Source of the DNA: Potamilus streckersoni
Taxonomy: Eukaryota
DNA length: 64,000 bases
Assembly: GCA_016746295.1 (NCBI GenBank)
Contig: JAEAOA010000900.1
Location: 2,554,807-2,618,806, forward strand
Direction of reading: 5' to 3'
In this document: positions 13,620 through 27,380 of the stretch, in pieces
Numbering within the stretch: the first letter of the stretch is position 1
Layout of the letters: every line of letters begins with the position of its first letter
Made by a program: the position numbers and the translations under genes
Notes under the pieces: model-generated
Told to the model about the DNA's origin: nothing
The model's input: the letters and a program-made list of their open reading frames with translations, nothing else
Database searches by the model: none

Positions 13620-15508
13620 CTGAAGATTATAAATAGAATATTGATATCTGTGTCTATCCATAGACGAGATAAATTTTCCATTCAGCCATATATTCAAAGA
13701 TAAAGTGTGTGCACAAAGAAAACCATCCTCACAACAGATCAAATAACTGGTCATGTGAGCAAATTCAATGTGTATAATATATTTATATTTACTATATACT
13801 CATTTAATCTTACATGCTTGATCTGATGTCTGTTAGTACTGCTCAATATGTATTTTCCATATGACAGTTAAAAATTATCCATGTCATACACCCAGCCTGG
13901 AACTACTTGTACCACATGAAATATTCAATAATAATCTACCTTAAATATCAGAAATTATTTGCTGCTATACCTAATTTAAAATAATGTTGGTAAACGTTTT
14001 CATAAAAATGCAGTAATGACTTTTGTTTGGTACAATGACTCTTTGTCTGCTGTCTGCCATCATGGCCTGTGACAAAGATTTAATTTGTTGCTGGGGCCGG
14101 AAGGAGAAATATTTAAAGTAGCAATGAGGAGTTTTATGGAAATTTAAAAGTACTTATAGCCAAAAAAGTAGAGTTAGTTGCGGATGACAATAGTTTGGAT
14201 GGAATGTTTGAAAATGATTTCTTAGATGAGGTTGGTATGAAAAGTAACATCAAACATAGCATGAGAAAGTACTTTGCTACTATGACCAGAGATTTGAAAT
14301 CTTCTATTAAAAGTAAAAACATTAAATATTTAACTGTCTGGAAGTCATGTCCAATTTAGTGATTGGTTAGAAATGCCACCTCATTCCAAGAAATGGAATT
14401 TTTCAATATTACCCCTGCTGAAACTTATAATAATGCTCATCCTGTCACTTTATTGAAACTGGCTGGTCTGTACTATGAATCAGATAATCTTACTAGTTAC
14501 CAGAGTAAAAGACAGATATTTAACAGACAAGAACTATGACTACAGCATTTTAACATCAAATGAGTTTGCTACAAGCCACAAAGTGCTGAATTTTTGCCAC
14601 AATGATCTTAAAAAGGTTTAAGAAATCATCCAAATAAAGCTGACCAGTAACTAGAAACAAAGAAGAATTTTATGGAATTTTGGTCAACTTGGCATACAAC
14701 AACCCTAATGCTTTACTTAATAATCTGGTACCACAATATCAAATTATTTGTTTTCAGAGTCATGGATAGAAACAGACAACTGAAGTGGAGAGACATTACA
14801 CTAAAAAGTGACAAAAATGGGGATGAGTATATAGAAATAAATAAAAGATCAGCAAAACAAGGGAGAGTAACAAAAATCTACAAATTTTAATTCAAAGCAA
14901 TTCCAAAATAAATAATGTCCAGAAAGACACCCAGTTTTAGCTTAAAACATTTATGCTAGTCAAATGCCTTTATCCATTGCCACCCAGGAATCACATTGTC
15001 ACGATAGAACTGCTAACAGTTTGCTGTTCAAGTGTCAACCTGCCTATGTGAATAAATTGAAATTGATAATGAAAACCAGACCAAAAAAACTTTAGAATAA
15101 ACAGAAGGATAAACAAACTAAAGCGTTATAAAAACTTCAACTGAACAACAGAAACATCTAAACTTCCAAAATGTTCAACTGATGATCCAATTCCCAGCTG
15201 CAGTGCTGATGACACACAATGAGACATTCCATAAAGAAATTATCTAAAATTCATACAATAGCCGGTAAAACATTTCAATCTTCAGGAATTCAAAATATGG
15301 TCTTAGGAATTCTTTTATTGGGCCTTAAGTGGAAGAACTTTCAATTTGTCTTTTAATGTTGCTGGGCATTCAAATTCATTGAGTAAATCTGAAAATAAAA
15401 TTTATAAACATCTGCAACATAAATGTACACTGGCAACAGCATCTCTAATTAATTAAGACTGAATTTTTAAAAAGTACCATTATGATAAATATTTTACTAT
15501 TCACTCAC

Positions 15509-15578
15509 CTCTTCATTTACACCTGCTAGGTATGCACCTTCCTCTTTGATCAACCACTCTTCCCCAGTGACTCGCTTC
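15509..15578 (-). CDS. MVP: MVP exon: (E)[23 protein letters not shown].
   Basis: The acceptor is ttttgtgccag|G and the donor is GAG|gtgagt. Compare human [24 protein letters not shown]. The phase continues from the previous exon. Confidence 0.85.
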
Positions 15579-16066
15579 CTGGCACAAAATGTAACAACAT
15601 TAAAATTTCAAAATACACTAATAACTCTATTAAAGTCATAACAAGGAATTTACATATTTCATATAAAAACTTTCATTATGTGGAGAAGTTTCTATGAGAC
15701 CTAATAAGGTTCAGAGAAAATGTCATCCCCACACCCCCTTTCAGGAACATTTTTAAATGTGAATTGCAAATATTACCAACATGCACAAAAGCCAAATATT
15801 TGAGGTAAACAGAAGTACCACTTTAATTAGCAGCAGTTTGAGATGTTAATAAATAAAGCAAGTCAAAAGGAAGTATCCTTCTTAGCATTTTAAAAATGTT
15901 ATAGTATGCAAATTTCTCATTCTGTAAGCAACTTATATTAGCCTATGGTTGCTGTCAAGCAAATTAAAACATCAGAGGAAAGACTCTAACAATCTCATGA
16001 ACTTTTCTGCATGAACTGTTCACCTATTAGTTGAGCACTTGAATCTTACATTTTAACATTAAATAA

Positions 16067-16110
<44 letters not shown>

Positions 16111-16125
<15 letters not shown>

Positions 16126-16370
16126 ATAAACTGACCACGAACAGTGCGAAACCAGTAACTAACTAGCCTGAGCGCTTTCGACTCTTAATGAGTCGTTTTC
16201 AAAGGCAAATACAAAACATATATAAGACAAACAAATAAACACAAAAATGTTGTGTTTGTAAACCTCTACATGGCTGTCACCACATGGGTTAAAACTATAA
16301 ATACAACCAGCTTGTATAGACTTGTTGCGGATACTGAAAACGGTGTATAATTCCCTAAAAGTCTACAAGC
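16111..16370 (+). repeat. (TA)n-associated interspersed repeat, copy A. It is about 220-260 bp and starts gcaataaactgaccacgaacagtgcgaaaccagtaactaactagcc...
   Basis: A (TA)n run at 16072-16120 lies immediately 5' of it. The element has three more copies in the window. Confidence 0.75.
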
Positions 16371-17043
16371 CAAAGCAACATCTATTTTTACTTTTTTGTA
16401 CAATTATTTTTAACGCAGATTATATCCTGGATATTTGATTCTATACCGGTTATTCTTATAGTAAAAATTGAAGGATACTAAGAAGATTTAGAAAAAGTTA
16501 AATTCTAATAGTGCATAGTTTTCTTTTTCTAGTCTTCTTGGTTTAGACCGCTTGGTTTCAATGTTCTAAGGCGGCATATCCAGTATGATTCCTTTTCCTT
16601 CCTGGTTTCGGAACTCCAGCTGTTAACAACCACTTCCGTCTCTTATTGAATTAGAACATAAAATTGTTTTTATACCATTTTAACATATAAATATTTTTAT
16701 ACCATTTTAACAATCACAAAAACAGACCTGTAAAAAATATGGCAAAGTAAATGAAAATTATATATCAGCCTGGAAAGATGGATTCTGTTGGGTGTTTTTT
16801 CCAGCCAACTGTAATAGATTTTAACATAGAGACATTTTATGTGGCATGGAAGAAAATATGCTTGCAGTAATACTGTACCAGAGGTCCTGTTCTTTACTGA
16901 TTTACAATATGTACCTTTGAACAAATTTAAGATGTTAACATCATTGAATTTTTGACAATGATGACATTGCAGTCTCTGTCATATTAGTACCATTAATGAA
17001 CAAGACAAAAGATTTGAATTAAGTATAACGAGTCACAACTTAC

Positions 17044-17135
17044 TCTCCATTGATATCCTCACAATCCTGAACTGCTCTGAGGACCAGGGCCTCTCCAGTC
17101 TTTATGATGACAGGATCCACTATCTTGACTATTTT
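17044..17135 (-). CDS. MVP: MVP exon: KIVKIVDPVIIKTGEALVLRAVQDCEDINGE. It ends in phase 2.
   Basis: The acceptor is cacatctattttcag|AAA and the donor is GGAGA|gtaagt. Compare human [34 protein letters not shown]. Confidence 0.8.
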
Positions 17136-18264
17136 CTGAAAATAGATGTGTAATTCTGTGAAGTTATGCTGACTCCCGTCATCCACATCTACTGGACACA
17201 TACGATAGCAAGCCTTCTTTAAAACTTTGAAAGAAAAATACACAAGTTTTACCTGTGTAATCATGCCATCATGGAAACCAAAACTTCAGTCCCAATCTGA
17301 CCATGATATAAAACTCTGAAGCTGAGTTTGATACTGAATTTTCACATTTAACCAATCAAGCAATATTGGTAAAAAAAATACAAAATCCTTTGTCATTGGT
17401 TAAAATAAGATCTTGAGTTAAAACCTGGACTTCAAAGTTTTTAAGATTTGCAGGCCCTAAGCTTGAGATTTTTATCTGACCAATCATATTTTGCTTTTGA
17501 AAGTAACTTCTGGCAGGCTAGGAGAAATATTTAAACCTCAATCTACAGCTCAAGAGATTTACAGTATCCAGGCCAGATTTGGTGGGGAAATCTATCATTC
17601 TGGTTGCAATGAATATGTATAAAAACCAACATTCAGCAACTGAGGTGGAAATAGTTAACTGGAAGGAATGAAGGATTTCAAGTAATGTATCTCTGTGTCT
17701 AACTTCCTTGTAGGTAATCTGTAAGCATGATTTTCCTATGATTTAGTAACAAGAAGTTTCTAATAAAACTGTTTCATTATACACCAAAATAGGTGATTTT
17801 GTCTAACTGAAAAAGCTGGACAATTTAAAGACTAGGGACTGCATTTTGCATTTTACTGTAACATTAATGTCATCTTTAACATTTCCATGTGTAAAAGCTG
17901 ATAGAAAAATTTGTTTAAATTAAAGGTATTGCTGCTGTTCTCTGAAAGATCCAATTATCATCCCTAGTGTTAAGATTATAGATAATCTGCTGAAAATTTT
18001 GGCTATCTTTTGAAACAACTGCTGTTCTTTAAGTGGTCTAATTATTCTATAACAGCTGTTGCCATTGATTTTGTAGTTATAAGAGTAAAGACCTGCTCAA
18101 TTATTGACATTTTAAGATTTTACAGAAGTGAAAATTTTCACTTTGACAAAGGTATATGAAAAAGAGGATTGTCTGTGATGAAGTACGTTCACATATTTCA
18201 TATTAAGATTTATACAAATTGTTGAAGAATGTAGCTTTCCAGAATTAAACAAAAATTGCCATAC

Positions 18265-18492
18265 ACTGTAGGGAGTTGGCATATACATGAGAGGTCCCTC
18301 CAGCTGCCATCTGTCTCCAGCTTTTCGAGATACTCCATTCTCATCATCATGATCAAGGACAGCTTCTAGTTGTATTGCATGGTTAGCTCTCACTACTGGC
18401 AGTTTGAGGATAGCAGGGGAATAGTTGTTGGACTTTTTTCCAAAATCTGTGGCATTTTGTAAAAACTCCCCTGGATAGAGAGGGAATGGCTC
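18265..18492 (-). CDS. MVP: MVP exon, 76 codons: EPFPLYPGEFLQNATDF...ANHAIQLEAVLDHDDENGVSRKAGDRWQLEGPLMYMPTPYS.
   Basis: The acceptor is tgtctgtttcag|GAG and the donor is AGT|gtatgg. The exon aligns to human MVP DPFPLYPGEVLEKD...[37 protein letters not shown]. Confidence 0.85.
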
Positions 18493-18976
18493 CTGAAACA
18501 GACAAAAAGTTGTGTAGATTAGCAGTTCTCAGATTCAACTGAAATGTTTTACAACCTCCTATACAAGATAGTGTTATAAATGAAGAATCAGTTATCTCAA
18601 CATCTTAAGGGTCTTCTTCCTCAAAATTCAGTGCTCAAAGATACTGTAAATTCACATCCCTGTCATAAAAAGATTTTTCATTCAATATTGCTATCAGATG
18701 AAACTACATTTTTCCTGTCTCTTTCCTTCTGCAACAAATACAGAACTAGAGCTGATGGATGTATCTCTAAAGACCAAACTCGCTACAAGGAGAATTCAGG
18801 GGCCATAACTCCTATAAATGATATAAGGAATATTAGAAAGCCAACTCTTTAAAAGACTCAATATAAAGGTTGATGAATAATTTGGTTGAAATCAAATATT
18901 TCTAAAAATGGTTATGTCATGGAAACCAAAACATGGAGGAAAGGCTATATGGGGCCAGGACTGTTCAAAATAATAT

Positions 18977-19240
18977 TAGTGTCCCCCGAGTGGCCCAGTG
19001 GTCTAAAGCGCTGTTTGTTACGGATCACTGCCATCTCACCTCTGTCTGCGTGGGTTCGAGTCTAGGATTCGGCGAATGTGGATATGTGAGAAAGCTTGCC
19101 AGTAGCTTCTCGTGGGTCGGTGGTTCTTTCCTGTGATTTTCCGGTTTCTTCCTCCACCATCAATACTGGCCGCCATGAATAGCCTATCGTGTGCTGAAAA
19201 ATGGCGTTAAGCTCAACAACAACAACAAAATAATATTATG
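18977..19240 (+). mobile_element. tRNA-derived SINE, family 2. The head is gtggcccagtggtctaaagcgctg...ggttcgagtc and the tail is (CAA)n.
   Basis: A reverse-complement full copy lies at 48415-48665. Partial copies lie at 33790-33995 and 12950-13075. Confidence 0.8.
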
Positions 19241-22200
19241 GTATGCTGGAAACAATATTTAATTACGTTTACTCATAAATTATATACTAAATGTAGTAAA
19301 GAAATGGTGCATCAACAATGGTCAGGAGGATGGAGAATCAGGAGCCATAGCTATTGTAAATAATGTCATGGAATATTAGAAATTAAACTCAATCAAGGCC
19401 TTATCAATACAAAAGTATGTTTTCAAGTTGGAACTCCAAGAAATCTTCAGAAATGTTATGTTGCTTTATTAGGAGGATAGGAATCCAGTTCCATAACTTC
19501 ACTAACTGAAATTGTGGATTGCTGGAGATCAGAATTATCAATATAAAGCAGCATACCAAATTTAGCTGAAATCCAAAAATCCTTGCTAATGCAAACCAGT
19601 TGAAATCAATGTCAGGAGGGTGGACAATCTGAGCCTTAACTCCTGTAAATGATGCTATGGAGGACCTGAAGACTTTTTCAAGATAAAAATAAATAATAAG
19701 CATCATAACAACCTAGGTTGAAATCTAACCAACCTAATTAAAGTCATGAAGGTCAATCAGGGACCCATAGCTCCCATATGCAATACAGAATGCTGGAAAA
19801 CCAACAAATTCATGGTTACATCATTACCTATAACTGCATGCCACATTTGGTTAAAATCCAAAAAAAATCTAGTTAATTATGCTGTGGAAGCAAAATTCAG
19901 GAAGACAAACATTCTTGGGGCATAACTCCTGTAAAAGATGGTTTTATAAAAATAATGGATCTGATTTGTCATGATCTAAAACTGTAACTTCTATCAAGCT
20001 GGTTGGCATGGTGTCAGGATAATGTGATTGGATGGTACATAATGCTAAATGTCTGCAGCATGATGCTCCCATTGCAAGACATCACTATAAACTGCCACAA
20101 TGAGACTTTTTAGTGATACGGGAAAATTATTTTAAAGCTACATTAAAAATCTAAAACACACAAACACACTCTATTAAGCTCAAAACCTCAGTATCCTGCA
20201 TTTCAAACCCAATATCTCTCTATACAAATAACAAGATCTGTCTTCAAGGAACACAACATCACAATAATTTGTTAAAATACAAATGCACTAACAATCAATA
20301 TGAACTTATTAAGTAAAACCAGGGTTCATTTAGGCAGCAGCCTTGCATTAATTATCCTTATTTTTCATCTCTGGCATAAGAAAGTTCCCGGCAAGGTGCC
20401 CCCCAGAGCTCATAAAAAAAATAAGAAAGGAAGGATAAAAGATCCTTACAGTTGATTTGAAACTCAAGTGCATAACATGCTTTGTTAAAGTAGCATTTTC
20501 ACTGATAAGTAAGTAGAATGTCATGGTTTTCATTAGCTGACAGAAATATCTGATTTTGATTATCTTAGACACATGTCCATGATCACTGATAGAAAATGTA
20601 AAGAAGAAAAGATGAAATCTTCACTGAAAACACTGCTGCATTTATTTCTATAGTAGTGTACAGGAAAGAAAATTTTTTGACTCAAATGTTCAAAATTAAT
20701 TCACATGGAGAATGGTTACTCAGGCCAACAGGAATTAAAAATTAAAGTCCCAGTACATAATGCTTTTGACCTGAAAGACTGATAATGATGACTGGTATTC
20801 TTGATTTATGAGTGCATACAATATATATTTTCTTTTCCAGCATTATATACTTTAAATACGTCATTATCGAGTCACACTAGAGCGTGATTTTCTCCAATGT
20901 CTGTGTTAAATATGGGACAGACTGATTTTCAGATGGATGGGGTTAGGAGTCTTGATTTTTTTTAAAAATCCAGCCATCAAATAACTTCATATATATACAT
21001 ATATATCTAATTATCTTATACTCCATTTATTTTTCCATTAACTTTACACTGTCAGAATTGTGCAGTATTTTATGATACTGAACACTCATATTGCACTCAA
21101 GTGTGCCTAAAGGAACTACTTTGTAAACCTAAACACTCGTACAGTAGTCTTTCGGTTTCAGTTTATTAGATTCGTTTGTGGATGAACTAAAACAGATGTT
21201 TTGTGTATTTGAAAGTAAAGTCAATATATTGATGTGGACGAGTTTACTGAGTCACAAATGAAATTTTAAAACAACTAAATGAATGAACGTGATACTCACA
21301 ATGTGCACAACAAATGTGAGAGATGCAGTATTGAAAATATTCTGATCATTTAAACAGTTATTTAGGAGAAATGTTCATAACATTTCTTTAATGGAATTGT
21401 TCAGATTATGGCCAGTGATCTCTGGGTTATATAAAAATAGCACAGAAAAGCATACCAAGGGCAAGGGCTATCACATTGTCAGATACATAACATTTTCTAC
21501 ATGAAAATACTAAATTTGTGCAGAAACAATAAGAAATGGAGGTCTTGTTAGAAAGGTAAGAACCTCACAGCCAACAACCCAAGATGATGAAGAATTCTTA
21601 TTTCCGCTGAGTGAATGTATTGTGATACATTAGATGCTTTACAATTGTCTGTGTTAACTTTGTTGATACAATGTTTTGGATTTAGGCTAGTGACAGATGC
21701 CATGATATTGAGTATGGGTCATAACATAACTCAGGAAGCATGCAAGTGACCATGCATAAACACATCTTCTTTAGTTGGTAATAAGAATGGCAAAAATATA
21801 CTTACAATTTTGCAACTTGAATTTCCTCAAAAGGTACTTTCTTTATTCTGCAAATCTGTATTCCATGAGATAAGGTCATGGATTCAAAAGTTTGCATACA
21901 CATTTACCAAAACTGTACTGTAATTTCAACTACGTTCCAAGTGCATTCTACTTACTGCACTCAAAATGAAATGAGCGTGAAATTCCACAGCATCTTTATG
22001 ATAATTACAACTGAAAGAGTTCATATTTTCCCACATTACGAAACCAAATATTCAATGATAGAATGGAAACACACATGCAGATAAGTCAAAACGTGTACCA
22101 GGCTCCCAGCTCAAATCACAGACACATGTATTTTGTAAGGAATTAAAACAACTAATAAATCCAGCAGAACTGAGTAGAATGGACACCCCTCCCAATTTCA

Positions 22201-23934
22201 TTCATTCCACACCAACTGGAAAAGATGTTGCAATGCACATTCATTCACAATATGACTCTAAATTTTAAGTTTAAGTAAACAAAAAACAGCAATTTTTATT
22301 GAAAGTGATGTGAAGCGTGTAACTTAGTTCAAAGTTCGATGTCCTGAGTTATGTGAGCATTAATATTGTTGTTGTGTACTAATAAATCTGCACTTGTATA
22401 TTTATTTTATTTCTTTTAGTGTATTTTTGTTTATGTAATTAAGCCTTAGGTAGGATAAGAAAATGAGTATACAATAAAAAGGTTAATACATTTGTATGCG
22501 AAAATACGAATTTGCTCTGTCAGATGGAAATACTGCACTCCTAAGGTTGTACAGTATCCTCAAAAAACATGTTCATATTTTACTATACAAATGCAGTAAT
22601 CTGTTCAAAGAAAACAAAACCCCAGCCTATTATCTTGAAGGAAAAGAAGAAGATATATTCTAGCTTAAAAGAAAATCCCAGGCTCCTCCCCACAAATAAT
22701 TTATACAGCTGGTACCTAAAATTAAAATTACCTAAAGAACTGATATTAAGAAATATAATGCAGATAAAGCTAATATTTACAACAGAAATTAATAAATCTA
22801 TAATGCATGTGCCTGTGATAATGTTTTAGACTTTCTGAATAAACATTATACAGGTAAGGTATTTACTACAATTTCATTTCTAAATGACTCCACTTTTTGA
22901 GCTGGTAGGGGCCATTGGACATTTTATATTCTTAGAAAAATTCAGGCAGACTCTAATAACAATATATCATCTCCCAATTGTGGAGAGATCACCAATGATG
23001 TGAACTGTTGCAAATATAATCCTGAAAATGACCTACAAAGAAAGGCTAAAAATGCTTGTGATACACACAAAAGGATAGTATGAAAGGCAACAAGTTACTG
23101 TGAAAGAACTGGTTTGATGATATGATGTGCACATTTTAATATAGAAAAGAAACATTTTTTTAATGGTTCATTTTTCTTCATTTTCATGCTAAAAATTAGG
23201 TCATTCACAATCCTAATTCAAAATTAAAACAGACCCAATTTTGCAAATCGACAAAAGTTTGCAAATGGTCTGTCATGATTGTCTACTAAAACACCAACAC
23301 TAAAACATGAAGCCTAGACAGCATGTCTGGAATGGAGCAGATTTCTGTCTTCATGTACAAGTCAATACACTCAATATATACTCATTTATATGTCAGGTCC
23401 AACTGCAAACTGCATAGACTCAGATCTACAGTTGCATGATGTGCCAGAAATTCTGGGTTTATGCAGCTTGTTAGTAGCCAGTAGAACAAACAATAAGATT
23501 CTGATCTACCAGCACACTGTGCAATGGTAGATCAGGGGGTTTTTTTGGTTTGCAGTTGGACCCAACTTATAAGCAAATATATAGGGTACAAATGCAGTCA
23601 GTAACAAAATACAACCAGACTAAATGGTGTATTCATTGCTCCAATTTTAGAAGCATGAATATCTCCAACTTTGATAGCAAAACAATAACCATAAATGTTC
23701 ATTTTCCTCATTTAATGATCTCCATCTTTAGATCCTCATCATTTCTACATATTTAACATATTTTGACTTGATATTTGCTATCCAGGTCCATTGCAATGAG
23801 AAACTATAGTCTAAGTAGCATCAGTGTGTGTTAAGTGTTTAATTTAGATTTTGTCAGTGACCCAAACAATTGGACACTTCATCAGAACCCTGAAAGTAAA
23901 GAAAGAAGACTTTTATAGTTGTTTTTTGACTGAA

Positions 23935-24262
23935 TGAATTGTGTGATGTGTGTGATTTGGATTTTTAACATCGCTTTAACTATTTTTCAGTCATATCACT
24001 ATGATTTCTGTATTGTGGCAGTTTATAGTGATGTCTAGCACTGGGCATCTTGCCGCAGACATGTAGCACGATGTTCCACCAAGTCACATTATCCTGACAC
24101 CAAGCTGACCAGTCCTAACACTTTAATTCTAAGCAATGAGGCAGCTGTTAGTACCATTGTTATAAGTCTTTGGGGTATGACTCGGCCAGGAATCGAACCC
24201 ATTACCTCCCACATCTGGGGCAAACGCTCTAACCACTAGGCCACCAGAGCGGTTCTGAATTA
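23935..24262 (-). mobile_element. tRNA-derived SINE, family 1, about 320 bp. The tRNA-like head is ggcctagtggttagagcg... and the tail is ...aaatcacac.
   Basis: There are four further copies, at 30960-31275, 31300-31465, 57120-57410 and 60200-60490. The head has a tRNA D-arm and T-arm architecture. Confidence 0.8.
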
Positions 24263-24510
24263 ATTGAGTGTACCCCAAGCTAGTTTAATGAATAAAGTGC
24301 AGTCATTGCCAAAGGAACAGATGATGATCAGTTATATTGTGTGACAGAAATGTTTAAGTAATTCTGATTAGCTTGCACAGCAATCAAGAACAAATCGTTG
24401 ATGCAAATAAGATAGAAGGACAGAAGATGAAATCTTCAGCAAAGGAATGTTATCAACCATTAACACAACCAGAAAAGTTAAACCTATTTTAACAGGTAAA
24501 GCCAACCTAC

Positions 24511-24574
24511 CTTATGAAACCTGATTTCTGACTGCCCAAGCTTCTGTTGATATCCTTTTCCTGGAACAAATTTT
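24511..24574 (-). CDS. MVP: Major vault protein exon (repeat 1-2 junction). Peptide (K)FVPGKGYQQKLGQSEIRFHK.
   Basis: The acceptor is ttttctctttcag| and the donor is AAG|gtaggt. The peptide ends ...SEIRFHK and joins in phase 0 to EPFPLYPGE of the next exon. Compare human MVP ...LEIRLAQDPFPLYPGE. Confidence 0.5.
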
Positions 24575-25886
24575 CTGAAAGAGAAAATATTGCCTGCCAT
24601 CAGTATTAATTAAAAACGTGAGAAAAAAATCCTTATAATTAAAGCATAGTCACTTATCCTAACAGGAGTAGCAAAAATAATATTTTTAACATACCCATTA
24701 TGGTAGCCATACTTGTGGTCAAATTGGCACAATATTCAATTCGGACTATCTATAAAATATCATTGGAAGTCTTTTGATGAAAACAACATTTCAATATGCC
24801 TTTCCATTCAGGCCAAGTAGTGATAATAAGATGGCTGCCAAAGTAGCTATGTTGGATGTAAAAGCAACATTTTTATTTGGGAACAACTGTGGATGAATGT
24901 TTTTGTAAAGTTTCAAGGCAATCATCCAAGTAGTTTAGGACGACCAGTGATTACAAACTTCAAACTGTATCTGCCATATTCTGGATTTTTTTGAGACCTA
25001 AAAGTGTGTTTTGAGGTCCTGAAGGTAGGTGGGTGGGTAGTAAACACATGTGACTAAAAAGACCCCCCAACATCATCCAATTGAAAAAAATTAATCACAT
25101 TTGAACACTATTCCACTAAAATAATAGTACTTTGTGTTTCATATATGTAATAGAATCCAACTACAAAGAAATGTGGTTGTTCACAAACTTGTCAATAATC
25201 TTCAATGCAGAGAGCTTAAGCATTCTCATTCAAAGCAATGATGCATAATAAACTTTGTTCTTCAACATGTTTCTAGTATCTCTTTCATTAACCTATTTTG
25301 GTTTGTTCCAATCTATGAACTTTACCTATGCAAATCAGCACAACAGGCTCAACCACTGCTGTCTTCAAAATACTCAACACCTAACACTAGCTATAGTCAG
25401 CCAATTAAGCAAAATGTTAAAGGATGGTTAATACCTGGCCTCTTTTCCTTTTAATTAAACTGCCCAAACGATGGTTTTACATTTACTCCAATCAGAGCAC
25501 TTTACCATCTATACATACTATATGTTATGGGTTACCCAAGTAGTGTTGATACTTAAGTATACTTTGAGTAAGGTACCAACACCATTGCAAGATATTTATT
25601 AGAGTGGGCAAGTAAACATAAAACACTCATCAAAGTTGGTTGGTTGGTTGATGGAATTTTTACAGTGAACCAGCACCATGAGGCTATTTAGCACCATACA
25701 AAAGATTATATCTTTGATCATTTAAAAGTGGTAAAAGGTTTTGTATCGACCAGTGATGCAAAACCAAACAGCTGAATGTAAACGATAAAATGGTAATGGT
25801 GATAAATAAATAAAGCTTCCTGATCAACGGGGAGTGTAAATGTATGATAATGAAAACAGATGAAAGGTAAATTAAAATTTAGACAT

Positions 25887-25914
<28 letters not shown>

Positions 25915-25924
<10 letters not shown>

Positions 25925-26123
25925 TGCAATAAACTGACGACGAACAGTACGAAACTAGTAACTAACTAGCCTAAGCGCTTTCGACTCTTAATGAGTCTTT
26001 TTCAAAGGCAAATACAAAACATAGTTACGACAAACAAATAAACACAAAAACGTTGTGTTTGTAAACCTCTACATTTCTGTCTTCACATGTGCTAACACTA
26101 TAAATACAACCAGCTTGTATAGA

Positions 26124-26130
<7 letters not shown>
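25915..26130 (+). repeat. (TA)n-associated repeat, copy B.
   Basis: (TA)n runs bound it on both sides, at 25885-25921 and 26128-26197. It is about 90% identical to copy A. Confidence 0.75.
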
Positions 26131-26199
<69 letters not shown>

Positions 26200-26508
26200 A
26201 TAAAACTGCTCAAGGTGATAGCATAAAAGCTATAGCTTAGGACAAATGTTTACTTCCTTCTGGAAGTCTATTATACAAGACATGCTAACTGTATCAAAAA
26301 TTTCCCTAATGTCATGCACATTGTAATGCGGATCATGTAAAGGTTTGAGGTTGAAACACTCCAACATAAAGTGCTTAACAGTGAATGGTTCATTGCAAGA
26401 AATGCTCTCTGTCGGATCTTCTCCTTTTAGTAGGTAGGAGTGGGTTAAATAAGGATGACCAATTCAAATTCTTGCAATGACTACCTCCTCCCTATGGACA
26501 TCACTGTA

Positions 26509-26700
26509 CTAAGGAGTCCATTCTCCTAGGGTTGGCTTGATGGCATGAAGTTTGTTATTCACAGCATCATTCCATGATGCCTGCCATTTCTGACGTAAAC
26601 ATTCTTTGATACGTTTAAAGTCAGTATGCTCATCAAAAGAGAAACAATTTTGTGGAATTTTAGAATTTAGATCAAGTTCAGACAGACAAAAAGTGTACTC
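26509..26700 (-). mobile_element. Non-LTR retrotransposon RT C-terminal fragment, the W...W zinc-binding-like tail.
   Basis: The minus-strand reading is SKIPQNCFSFDEHTDFKRIKECLRQKWQASWNDAVNNKLHAIKPTLGEW*. The pattern K.W..SW.......KL..IKP....W is typical of LINE RT tails. Confidence 0.4.
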
Positions 26701-27261
26701 CTAAAAATTGAAGGATGATTGTAAGTTTTACAAAGGAAAATATATGTAGTCACACAAGAAAGTAACTAAATTAAACATTACTTGTTTTAATTTTTGTTTC
26801 TGTTTTTTCTTTCTTTTAATCCAAATTTTTTTCAAAAAGTTGTATTTTGCCTGAATATGTTCCACAACATTTCATTTGGTGATGACTGTGTTGGCATATA
26901 TGACACATCTCAAACATGTGATTAAAGAATCATATATGCTTACATATTTATAATATGCACCATTAATTGTAACAGACAAAACCATTTTATGAAAAAAGAT
27001 AATTTATGAACTATTTTTGTCATGAATATCAATGAAATTAAAACAAAATTTATTGACACCCTCCATACATTCCATATTAATGGAAAATACCAAATCACCA
27101 TTACTTTGAACAAGTATAGTGGTACATACCACTAGAATCAAGCATAACAAATGAAAGGAACAGCGTCTGTCAGTATGAATAAAAATTTGTTCTTCCTTCT
27201 ATCTATATAATTTCTACAGAAATAAAACTGTGATAAAAAGAATCTCAAATGGGCAATGACT

Positions 27262-27380
27262 TAATATTAAATTTATGAAACTCATTAAATAATGGCCAGC
27301 TTCTGCGAACTGATGGTTCGCAAAAGCTGGACATTATTCAACTCATTTGAAATTCATAAATTCAATATTAAATCATTAAC
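27262..27380. repeat. MITE-like imperfect palindrome. The arms are about 55 bp and about 85% identical. The core is a 14-bp stem, ccagcttctgcgaac...gttcgcaaaagctgg.
   Basis: The left arm is ttaatattaaatttatgaaactcattaaataatggccagcttctgcgaac. The right arm is its reverse complement with a few mismatches. Confidence 0.6.

Noticed and set aside
18986-19060. tRNA-like cloverleaf sequences. They also occur at 24175-24262, 57335-57410, 60203-60280 and 48540-48660.
   Set aside because: Each is the 5' head of a multi-copy SINE with family-specific downstream sequence. The copies diverge from one another and have degenerate anticodon arms. They are not bona fide tRNA genes.
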